Below are positions 9,507 to 16,372 of a DNA stretch of 32,000 nt, one piece after another. Below the pieces are notes generated by a model that was not told where the DNA came from, searched no databases, and saw only the letters and a list, made by a program, of their open reading frames with translations. The stretch is from Nitrosopumilus ureiphilus. Its GTDB lineage: Archaea > Thermoproteota > Nitrososphaeria > Nitrososphaerales > Nitrosopumilaceae. How positions within the stretch are numbered: position 1 is the stretch's first letter; the number at the start of each line of letters is the position of its first letter. The stretch is taken from contig NZ_CP026995.1 of the NCBI RefSeq assembly GCF_013407185.1, positions 979,483 to 1,011,482 on the forward strand, in the 5' to 3' direction. A program made the position numbers and the translations under genes.

Positions 9507-9740
9507 TTATGTGGGAATAAATGATGGTTTGACATGGACAAATGCAAAATACAAAAATAAAATCATAATTCCAATTCTAAAACTCTCATAGAATAGATAG
9601 GTAGCTACAGGATCAGATAATTCTCTAGATTGTAATTGATAGAAAAGCAAACTCAACGGAATAACACCAAGATATGATACGACAATGCCGATAATGATGT
9701 AAATTATTCTTTTACGCAGATTTGTTTTAAAATCAATCAT
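9507..9740 (-). CDS. Small integral membrane protein (77 aa)
   Basis: Two clear hydrophobic helices (IIYIIIGIVVSYLGVIPLSLLF and IGIMILFLYFAFV). Confidence 0.6.
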   Translation of the reverse strand: MIDFKTNLRKRIIYIIIGIVVSYLGVIPLSLLFYQLQSRELSDPVATYLFYESFRIGIMILFLYFAFVHVKPSFIPT

Positions 9741-9755
9741 TTTTTCTCTATGTTT

Positions 9756-9926
9756 CTATTTGTTGCCAACACCACATCGAGGACATCCGCTTAATTTTTT
9801 GTTATATTTAGTACTGCAAATCCCACAAATCTTGGTATCCTCAATATAGTTTTTTTTGATGTATGGAATTACCAATTTGACGATTAGTGCTACAGCAATA
9901 GGGATTATTATGAGATACCAAACCAT
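9756..9926 (-). CDS. Membrane-anchored zinc-ribbon miniprotein (56 aa; below the ORF-track cut-off)
   Basis: My own translation: MVWYLIIIPIAVALIVKLVIPYIKKNYIEDTKICGICSTKYNKKLSGCPRCGVGNK*. One N-terminal TM helix, then CxxC-x12-CxxC. Confidence 0.55.
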   Translation of the reverse strand: MVWYLIIIPIAVALIVKLVIPYIKKNYIEDTKICGICSTKYNKKLSGCPRCGVGNK

Positions 9927-9973
9927 GAGTAATTGAAATTAATTAGTGTGGAGTTCATAAAGTATACTAATCT

Positions 9974-10132
9974 TTAATGAATCCATACAGGTTTGAATTG
10001 GGGGGGGGGGGTTTGTGGGTTGTACTCTACCTTGGGAAATTTCTTTTGAATGTCATCAAGATCCAATTCCTGTCCAATTGTAGCTGATGCCACAACGTTT
10101 TCAATACTTGCCATTGGTTTTGTCTGTGGCAT
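9974..10132 (-). pseudogene. TATA-binding protein (TBP) gene fragment: only the first ~40 codons are recognisable
   Basis: Minus-strand translation MPQTKPMASIENVVASATIGQELDLDDIQKKFPKVEYNPQ-TPPP-QFKPVWIH*. The IENVVAS...LDL...EYNP segment is the conserved start of the first TBP repeat. The rest of the ~180-aa protein is absent, and the C12 (G12 on +) run lies inside it. Confidence 0.6.
10000..10011 (+). repeat. G12 homopolymer (copy 1)
   Basis: Twelve consecutive G read directly from the sequence, in otherwise AT-rich DNA. Confidence 0.99.
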
Positions 10133-10238
10133 GAATTATCGCGCTTTGAATTATTTTGAGATATTTGTGGATTGTTACAATTTTTGTCTAATATGATAAG
10201 CTGTGTGAGTATAATAAAAAAAGAAAAAAAGTTTGATT

Positions 10239-10439
10239 TTATAATTCTATTACTGAACCTGCTGATATGGAATATTTTTGACTCTGCTCTTCACCGTGAA
10301 CATCATACCACGATATGTTCAGATTTACCTTGTTTCTGATTGCAGACTCTACTGTGATGCAGCTTGCTTGTCTCAATCTATACTGTATTGGTTTTTCTGG
10401 TATTGGGCTTTCTATTGTTTGCTGTGTTGATTTTTTCAT
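10239..10439 (-). CDS. Hypothetical protein (66 aa)
   Basis: ORF only; no motif recognised. Confidence 0.4.
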   Translation of the reverse strand: MKKSTQQTIESPIPEKPIQYRLRQASCITVESAIRNKVNLNISWYDVHGEEQSQKYSISAGSVIEL

Positions 10440-10539
10440 GTTTTATAATTAGTAGTTTTGATTTATCCCTGTGAGTGAAAATTAATTTTTGATCGCTGTA
10501 TCTATTTTGACTAGACGCTGCACCTAAACAAATAAAACT

Positions 10540-10566
10540 CTGAATTCACAGATGGTGTAAATTCAG
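10540..10566. promoter_or_regulatory. 7-bp inverted repeat CTGAATT-n13-AATTCAG upstream of the RHH gene
   Basis: Arms at 10540-10546 and 10560-10566, ending 20 nt upstream of the ATG at 10586. RHH proteins commonly autoregulate through such repeats. Confidence 0.25.
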
Positions 10567-10585
10567 AAAAGATGTATTATTTGTG

Positions 10586-10726
10586 ATGGCAAAAAGAATT
10601 ACAGTTGTTCTTGATGATGACACATTGAAAAAACTCCGACTCTTGCAGGCAAAGATAATAAAAAATAAAAATGCTAATGTCAGTTTCTCAAAAGTAATTA
10701 ATTTGGTGCTAACAAAGTCACTCTAG
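10586..10726 (+). CDS. Ribbon-helix-helix (CopG/Arc-like) miniprotein, 46 aa
   Basis: My own translation: MAKRITVVLDDDTLKKLRLLQAKIIKNKNANVSFSKVINLVLTKSL*. N-terminal beta-strand (ITVVLDD) followed by two helices, which is the classic RHH pattern. Below the ORF-track cut-off. Confidence 0.6.
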   Translation: MAKRITVVLDDDTLKKLRLLQAKIIKNKNANVSFSKVINLVLTKSL

Positions 10727-10828
10727 CAAATTTATCTTCTCATTTTTATGCACGGTCTTGTAATGCCTTGCCAAGAAACCTTCGCCCTTCAATGTTACGC
10801 CGCAAATTTTGCATCTTATTCTTGCCAA
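10718..10828 (-). CDS. C2H2 zinc-finger miniprotein, 36 aa (TTG start)
   Basis: My own translation: (M)ARIRCKICGVTLKGEGFLARHYKTVHKNEKINLLE*. Canonical C-x2-C-x12-H-x4-H with hydrophobic residues at the consensus positions. There is no ATG, so the start is inferred. Confidence 0.4.
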   Translation of the reverse strand: MARIRCKICGVTLKGEGFLARHYKTVHKNEKINLLE

Positions 10829-10860
10829 AGTATTATTCTCATATTATGATCTGTTAATAA

Positions 10861-10956
10861 TTATTGGGATCGTTCCATTTGAAAATGATTTAAAATGATG
10901 TGGTTTTTGAGACTTTTTACTGGATCCTTGCTGTCGCACATACCGCACTCTGACAT
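10861..10956 (-). CDS. C2H2-like zinc-finger miniprotein, 31 aa
   Basis: My own translation: MSECGMCDSKDPVKSLKNHIILNHFQMERSQ*. C-x2-C-x11-H-x4-H with an ATG start. Confidence 0.45.
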   Translation of the reverse strand: MSECGMCDSKDPVKSLKNHIILNHFQMERSQ

Positions 10957-11102
10957 AGTTTTTAAATATTTTTTGTCTTGTTAAATACTCCATAATACTA
11001 CTCTATAGGATATTATCCCGTTCTTGTTTAAGTATCTTACTATATCCGACTAGGTATGATTATTGATTATGACCTATATGCTCTAAAAAATGGTCAAAAC
11101 AG

Positions 11103-11252
11103 GTGTTAAAATTGGGAAAAGAGAAGGTCAGTGTTACAATTGATAATGATTTACTGGTGTGGTTAGATTCCCAAATTAAGAAGAAAAAATATGCCAGTAG
11201 ATCCCATGGTTTTGAGTATGCCCTGAATGAGTTAAAGGAAACATCTTCATAG
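11103..11252 (+). CDS. Ribbon-helix-helix (CopG-like) miniprotein, ~46-49 aa
   Basis: My own translation from GTG 11103 (or TTG 11112): MLKLGKEKVSVTIDNDLLVWLDSQIKKKKYASRSHGFEYALNELKETSS*. The VSVTID strand and the SRSH..E.AL helix are typical of CopG-family proteins. Confidence 0.6.
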   Translation: MLKLGKEKVSVTIDNDLLVWLDSQIKKKKYASRSHGFEYALNELKETSS

Positions 11253-11756
11253 ATTCATAACCTCATTTGATTGTAGCATTACCAGTACATTATAACAAAA
11301 ATTGTACTATGCACTGATCCATGTTATTCATAGAACACATCAGTACTGTTTTAAATGGTCAAAAATTAGAAAATAATAAGTTATGAGGTCAATAAATGAA
11401 GAGCAAAATTAGTGATATAAAATAAATAGATGCTGTAATCTGACAAGTGGTAGAAAAAATGTTGCTAGTTTTCTATGAACAGGGTTCACTGAAAAAATCT
11501 CAAATTGTGATTTTGTAAAAGATTACAGCGAAAAAAATAAAGAAAAATAACAAAATTTCTTAATCAAATCTTATACGATTCTTCATTCGTATATGTTTAG
11601 TGGTTCATTTGTAAGTAAACTTGTAAAAAAACCTGATCCTGAAATAATATTTCGTGAAAATATGCCCAAACATGATCAGATCAAATCTGTATGGACTTGC
11701 ACATATCATAGATTCGAATACTTTAAGGGCTTCTTATTCTGTGCATTATTACAAGC

Positions 11757-12293
11757 ATGGAAAAACTACCAAAGATAGCAATTTACCTAGCAATTGGAAT
11801 AGGTGTGACTATCTTTGCACTATTTTTGTATTCAATACTTCCACACATCATTGAAAATTCTGCACGAGATTGGGATAGGGCATTAGGCAATAGCTTGACA
11901 GAAGAAGAACTCAAGGAAATGTTTTACACAGATCCTGCTTATGTCGTCTTTAAAGAAAAATATCCAGATGCCACTGAGAGTTTTGAGAGTTGGAACAAGG
12001 GTGAAGGTAGGCTGGAATTAGTCATGTATAATTACACAAACTTTAATGAAATTCGATTAAATATCGACTATGATAATTATCGTTCCAAAGTAAATGTGAA
12101 TGTTAATTGTCAAATTACAAATCCTGGCAGTGATCGTGACATTCACAGAGGTGTTCAAGGATCAGGTGCAGTAGATTTTATTGCAAAAGTTGATTGTCTT
12201 AATGGCATTGATGTATTTTCATATCCCCAAACTACCGATTGTGGACCTGGAACACGAGATATTGGAAATGGTGTTTGCATAGTAGAACCTTGA
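11757..12293 (+). CDS. N-terminally membrane-anchored extracytoplasmic protein (178 aa), function unknown
   Basis: A single N-terminal TM segment (IAIYLAIGIGVTIFALFLYSIL), then a soluble Cys-containing domain. Confidence 0.7.
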   Translation: MEKLPKIAIYLAIGIGVTIFALFLYSILPHIIENSARDWDRALGNSLTEEELKEMFYTDPAYVVFKEKYPDATESFESWNKGEGRLELVMYNYTNFNEIRLNIDYDNYRSKVNVNVNCQITNPGSDRDIHRGVQGSGAVDFIAKVDCLNGIDVFSYPQTTDCGPGTRDIGNGVCIVEP

Positions 12294-12564
12294 GATGAAA
12301 ATCAAAACTGGAATTTTGATAATCATTGGAATTTTTGACAAGTTCGTTAATGTGATCTTTGGCATATGCAGAAAGTCTAAATGTGTGCCCTACTTCAAAT
12401 GAGACGAGAATTTTTTTTAATCTTGTTTTGAATTTTTCATTGAACGGTTCTCGTCAAACTTCTTTATGACTTACCATGTTTCAGGCATTTTAGATTATCC
12501 TTTGACATGTTGTCGTATAATAAATGACAAATAATTGCTATAGGCATATTTGAGGATGGATAGT

Positions 12565-12987
12565 TTACTCAAACTGTTTTATTTTACGTAATGCAATTTT
12601 AATGGTATTTAGATCGTCTCTTGCTTCAACCATATTTCCTACAAGTTTGACGAAATATTCGTGTCCTGTATCTTGTGCTTTTTTTATATCTGTCTCATAG
12701 CAAGACAATGCTTTTTCTAAAAATGGGATACCTTCCTTTAATTTTGTAATTGATTGAATGTCTGATAAATTATTTTGAATTTTTTGTATTGTTTCATCAA
12801 TTATGGGAATTGTTTTCATTGCTTGCTGATTTAGGACTGATGAAAACATTGCAGCGGCATCTTTTAGCTCCGGACTATTGCCGATGGTTTTTAGCCTGTT
12901 TCTATAATGTTTCAATGACTTAATAATTATTTCATAACCTCCTTCATCTTTCAAATAGATGGCACCAATCCAAAATTTTCCTGACAT
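12565..12987 (-). CDS. Hypothetical protein (140 aa)
   Basis: Clean ORF with an ATG start and a TATA-like aatattataa upstream. No motif recognised. Confidence 0.65.
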   Translation of the reverse strand: MSGKFWIGAIYLKDEGGYEIIIKSLKHYRNRLKTIGNSPELKDAAAMFSSVLNQQAMKTIPIIDETIQKIQNNLSDIQSITKLKEGIPFLEKALSCYETDIKKAQDTGHEYFVKLVGNMVEARDDLNTIKIALRKIKQFE

Positions 12988-13084
12988 TTCTCAATATTCT
13001 GAATTTTGAATATTATAATTTAGTTGTGGAATTTAGATATATGTCATTTTTTAGTTATGATGATTAGGAGAAATTATTTGTTGT

Positions 13085-13309
13085 TTAAACATCAAAATTC
13101 TCTTGTATGGGTTGTTTACTTTTACTGATCAAGTTTAGCAAAATACCAGCTAAAGTTACGCCCATTCCTGCAAGTCCAATAAATGTTCCAATATTTTTAA
13201 TCAATCTCAAAAAAGGATCAGTCTGACCTAATTCTATAGAGTAAAACATTACTAGTCCAGAAGCAAACATGACTATTCCAATAATTATTACTGGAAATCC
13301 TGTTTTCAT
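13085..13309 (-). CDS. Small integral membrane protein (74 aa, two TM helices)
   Basis: Hydrophobic helices FPVIIIGIVMFASGLVMFY and IGTFIGLAGMGVTLAGILLNLI. Confidence 0.6.
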   Translation of the reverse strand: MKTGFPVIIIGIVMFASGLVMFYSIELGQTDPFLRLIKNIGTFIGLAGMGVTLAGILLNLISKSKQPIQENFDV

Positions 13310-13474
13310 ATCTAAAGTGTTTTTTTCTAATTAATAAACGGAAATAGTTACAGTGCTGCTCTTTTAAATTGGATTTCTCATCATTAATGATTATTATTGC
13401 CTGTTCTTTGTTTTGATCTAAATCATCTAAAATTCCTGTACGTGTGATTTTTTTACAGTCATCTTTGCCAAAGT

Positions 13475-14115
13475 ATGTCAAAAATAATCAAAAAGGTACC
13501 AGATAATTTGAAACAATTGACCTTGACAGAAACAATTGAAAAAGTAGAATTTCTAACTGACACTGATAATGGTGATGTCGGTAGGCTAACCACATACTTG
13601 AATATCTAAAAAATAATCGATCTCTATACTCCTCAGATCAAGTATGTCTGGAAAGCAAGTTAAATTCATCATTTTCACTTGAAGATGATGTTACTACTGG
13701 AGAAAATGAACTGCTCACTAAAATTAAACAGATAATTGATTCTGGGAACGGGGGGGGGGGGATCTTGAAAGATTATGACTCCTCTGTGATGTGATTAAAA
13801 ATAACAAATCTTTCTATCATTTGGGCATTGTGTATTTAGAATCTGCATTAAATTTCTCAACTCAAATCCAACAAATTAAACCTAAAAAGCAATAGGGACA
13901 CTACCAAATATTGTTTCCCTCCAAAAGAAATTTCTGCAGAATCTAAACAAAAAATTGTGCAAAAAATTAAAAATCAAAAATTAAAACAACAAGAAAAAAT
14001 TAAAAAACAAATTAGTGATAAAAACAAAAAACTAAAATCTCTTGAAACTCCCTAATATGGCAAAACTTCTACAAAAAAATCTGTAACAAAGAAACTTAAA
14101 AAAGAGAAAAAATAG
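13475..14115 (+). pseudogene. Multiply disrupted gene with an internal ~35-aa repeat and a Lys-rich tail
   Basis: Starts at ATG 13475 (MSKIIKKVPDNLKQLTLTETIEKVEFLTDTDNGDVGRL). Frame changes near 13590 (HILEYLKNNRSLYSSDQVCLESKL...IIDSGN) and at the G12 run. There is an in-frame TGA at 13776-13778, a TAG near 13893, then a K-rich tail in another frame. No single frame is open. Confidence 0.55.
13750..13761 (+). repeat. G12 homopolymer (copy 2)
   Basis: Twelve consecutive G read directly. It begins exactly 3750 nt after copy 1, on the same strand. Confidence 0.99.
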
Positions 14116-14733
14116 TTATTTTATTTTAATTGTGATCTCTTCACCATTTCCAATATTTGATGTAATGGTCTGAAGATCTGGATTTGCTTTCAAATAATTT
14201 GAAAATTCCTTCATATTCTCCCTATATTTTTCCGGATACAACATATTGTCTGTGATGATGACTCCTTGAATAGAAACCATTGGAAAAATTAAATCAAAAT
14301 ATTCAATGATATTTTCCTTATCTGCGTCAATTAAAACAAAATCAAAAAAATTTCTATATTTTTCTTGTTTGCTAAACTCCTTTATGATGTCTATTGCATT
14401 TCCTTCTTTAATGAGGATTGTATCTTGAATCTCTACCTTTAGAAAATTTTCTTTTGCTCTCTTAATTTTGGTTGGATTGTGCTCTACTGTTATGATTTTT
14501 CCTGATTGTTCTAAAATCGCTTCAGCACACCATATTGTAGAATAGCCTACTGATGTGCCTATTTCAAGCATATTTTTTGCCTTTTTTAGGCGTAAAATCA
14601 TGTTTAATAGTTCCCCTGTTTCTTTTGTTATTGCAAGCATCCTATTTTCTGGCAAAACATTGACTTTTCTTGATTTTTCAAGCGATGATTGTACTTCTAA
14701 TTCATTAAGAACATTAAGAATAGAATCCTTCAT
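14116..14733 (-). CDS. Class I SAM-dependent O-methyltransferase (caffeoyl-CoA OMT-like family)
   Basis: SAM-binding motif MLEIGTSVGYSTIW and the downstream VLIDADKENIIEYF motif. The ORF is open to 14847, but Met at 14733 has a TATA-like box about 25 nt upstream and avoids overlap with the divergent gene. Confidence 0.8.
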   Translation of the reverse strand: MKDSILNVLNELEVQSSLEKSRKVNVLPENRMLAITKETGELLNMILRLKKAKNMLEIGTSVGYSTIWCAEAILEQSGKIITVEHNPTKIKRAKENFLKVEIQDTILIKEGNAIDIIKEFSKQEKYRNFFDFVLIDADKENIIEYFDLIFPMVSIQGVIITDNMLYPEKYRENMKEFSNYLKANPDLQTITSNIGNGEEITIKIK

Positions 14734-14834
14734 GTATTGACATATTCTCAAATGAATATAACTATGATTTTGTGTATTGTCTTTCCTGAAACGTTTTGAT
14801 AGCTTATATTTAGTAAAAATATTTTTCATTTTAT

Positions 14835-15215
14835 ATGGTATCTGCAAAAAAACCTGATCTTTTAGATGTTGTTCAGAAAATTCTTAATTTAGATTCCAAA
14901 ATGAGGTTTGCTGCTATAATTGATCCAAAGGGTAACATCAGAGAGGCAATTATGAAAACAGGAAAAACTAGTCTTAAAACCCAACACGAGGAAGAACATT
15001 TCTGCAAACAAGTTGCCCAAAGAAGATCAATGAGAAAAGAGTTTGATCGTTCTCTTGGTAAAGTGAGATACGTCCATGTTGAAAGAGAAAAAGTATCTCA
15101 AATGGTTATTTACACAAAAAGAAATATTGTATATTTTACAATGGAACCTGAAATGCCAATAGATACAAAAATTAGATTAATTACACGAATAAAGAAAATC
15201 ACTGCAGATCTTTAG
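14835..15215 (+). CDS. Hypothetical protein (126 aa), possibly a Roadblock/LC7-like fold
   Basis: ATG with a TATA-like cttatattt about 28 nt upstream. The pattern FAAIIDPKGNI...VRYVHVEREKVSQMVIY is reminiscent of Roadblock/LC7, but this is not verified. Confidence 0.6.
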   Translation: MVSAKKPDLLDVVQKILNLDSKMRFAAIIDPKGNIREAIMKTGKTSLKTQHEEEHFCKQVAQRRSMRKEFDRSLGKVRYVHVEREKVSQMVIYTKRNIVYFTMEPEMPIDTKIRLITRIKKITADL

Positions 15216-15244
15216 AGTTAACTCTGCATTCCATCTCAAAAACT

Positions 15245-15598
15245 ATGACCTTTCACAAATATCTTGGCGATTCTAAAATGTTTGAATATGACAAACATTA
15301 CAAAGAATGCCGGCAACTAAACAAACCTTTCATCAAGGCAAGAACAAATCCTAATCATGGAAATTATTATGTTCAAATTGATTTGATTACTTGCAACTAT
15401 GAACTGACAAAAAAAGAACAAGAAGAAATCGTACAACTATTCAAAAATGAAATGATTTTTATAAAATCCTCACCGAATATTCTAAATTTCAGTATAGATA
15501 AAGAACTAGCATGGTTTGATGGTGTATCTCCTGAACATGTAGATGATTTTTGTAACTGTCTTTATGATTTAACTCAAAAATATCATGCTAGAATCTAA
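15245..15598 (+). CDS. Hypothetical protein (117 aa)
   Basis: ORF only, immediately downstream of the previous gene on the same strand. Confidence 0.6.
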   Translation: MTFHKYLGDSKMFEYDKHYKECRQLNKPFIKARTNPNHGNYYVQIDLITCNYELTKKEQEEIVQLFKNEMIFIKSSPNILNFSIDKELAWFDGVSPEHVDDFCNCLYDLTQKYHARI

Positions 15599-15794
15599 TC
15601 AAATTTTTTAAAATTTTGTCAACAACCTGAACTTCCTGCCTTCTTTCTTTTATGGTAGTCTCATTCCATTTTTTTGCAAATTCTGACTGTTTGTCTAATT
15701 TTTCTAATTCTTCAATGTATTTTATTAGGTGTATTTTATAGTCCTGGAGCAAGTCTAAGTGCTTGTTGTGGTTTTTTTCAGTTGGCGTTACCAT
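15588..15794 (-). CDS. Small coiled-coil protein (68 aa)
   Basis: Charged heptad-like sequence. Its start overlaps the 3' end of the upstream 77-aa ORF by 17 nt, suggesting an operon. Confidence 0.5.
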   Translation of the reverse strand: MVTPTEKNHNKHLDLLQDYKIHLIKYIEELEKLDKQSEFAKKWNETTIKERRQEVQVVDKILKNLIRF

Positions 15795-16011
15795 CCCATT
15801 CCTCTTCTTTAATCTCTGGAAACATCTCTCTTATTCGCTTTCTGTCTTTTTCCATTGCGTCAATTCTATTATCTAGGTGTTCTTTGATGGCCTGCTCTCT
15901 CTCTTGCTCTTTTTCTTTTTGAATATTTGAAATAACTTCAGTCAAAGATCTGTAATATGCAATATGGTTTTTCTTTGACTCCTCTGATCTGTCCTCTTTT
16001 TTTACATCCAT
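15778..16011 (-). CDS. Small coiled-coil protein with a C-terminal FPE motif (77 aa)
   Basis: Colinear with the 66-aa protein at 22452-22652: Y..L....I...EK.KE ... about 30 aa ... FPE. Confidence 0.55.
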   Translation of the reverse strand: MDVKKEDRSEESKKNHIAYYRSLTEVISNIQKEKEQEREQAIKEHLDNRIDAMEKDRKRIREMFPEIKEEEWDGNAN

Positions 16012-16096
16012 GAAAAATTATTGGTTTAATTGAAAATAAGTACTTGATCATTTAATTCACATTTACACTAATATTGAATTTAAATTATCAAATAAT

Positions 16097-16372
16097 ATGA
16101 AAATTCTAGTTGATGAAAATCTAGATGGCATGGATGAACGACTAAAAGATTTGGGGTATGATGTTCAAAGTGTGCGAAAACTGCAGATTACAGGAAAAAA
16201 ACTTGGCTCTGATTATTCCATAATTAACTATGCTCGTGAAAATGACATGATCATAGTAACAAAAGATACAGAATTTCGTAAGGCAAGTGAGGAAAACGAT
16301 TTTCCATTGATTCTCCTTGATGATGATGAGATTCTCAAAGTAATCATAGAAAAACTAAAAAATTTCAGTTGA
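16097..16372 (+). CDS. PIN-like / Mut7-C-like small nuclease-fold protein (DUF5615-like)
   Basis: 91 aa beginning MKILVDENL..., followed by ...DMIIVTKDTEF. This is the characteristic acidic-residue pattern of the DUF5615 PIN-like family. Confidence 0.55.
   Translation: MKILVDENLDGMDERLKDLGYDVQSVRKLQITGKKLGSDYSIINYARENDMIIVTKDTEFRKASEENDFPLILLDDDEILKVIIEKLKNFS

Noticed and set aside
11593-11854. ORFs 11593-11778 and 11654-11854
   Set aside because: They are mutually overlapping frames that run into the well-formed 178-aa gene starting at 11757, and they have no motif. They were treated as chance ORFs in AT-rich spacer.
13218-13481. 87-aa minus-strand ORF (TTG start) overlapping the 74-aa membrane-protein gene
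   Set aside because: It overlaps the better-supported gene by 92 nt in another frame and overlaps the start of the divergent pseudogene. Only its first ~55 codons could be real, and nothing supports that.
10012-13749. The segment between the two G12 runs as a discrete inserted mobile element or provirus bounded by the runs
   Set aside because: The internal-repeat gene starts before the second run (13475) and continues after it with the same repeat motif, so that run is not a junction between unrelated DNA. The TBP reading also continues across the first run. No integrase, terminal repeats, target duplication or structural or replication genes were found.
13900-14115. A-rich periodic-looking stretch (aaaaattaaaaatcaaaaattaaaac...) as a tandem repeat or CRISPR-like array
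   Set aside because: There is no exact repeat unit or spacer structure. It reads as a Lys-rich low-complexity coding tail of the decayed gene.
14734-14847. N-terminal 38-aa extension of the O-methyltransferase ORF
   Set aside because: It would overlap the divergent gene start at 14835. It also contains the TATA-like boxes of both promoters, and Met 14733 yields a normal-length methyltransferase.
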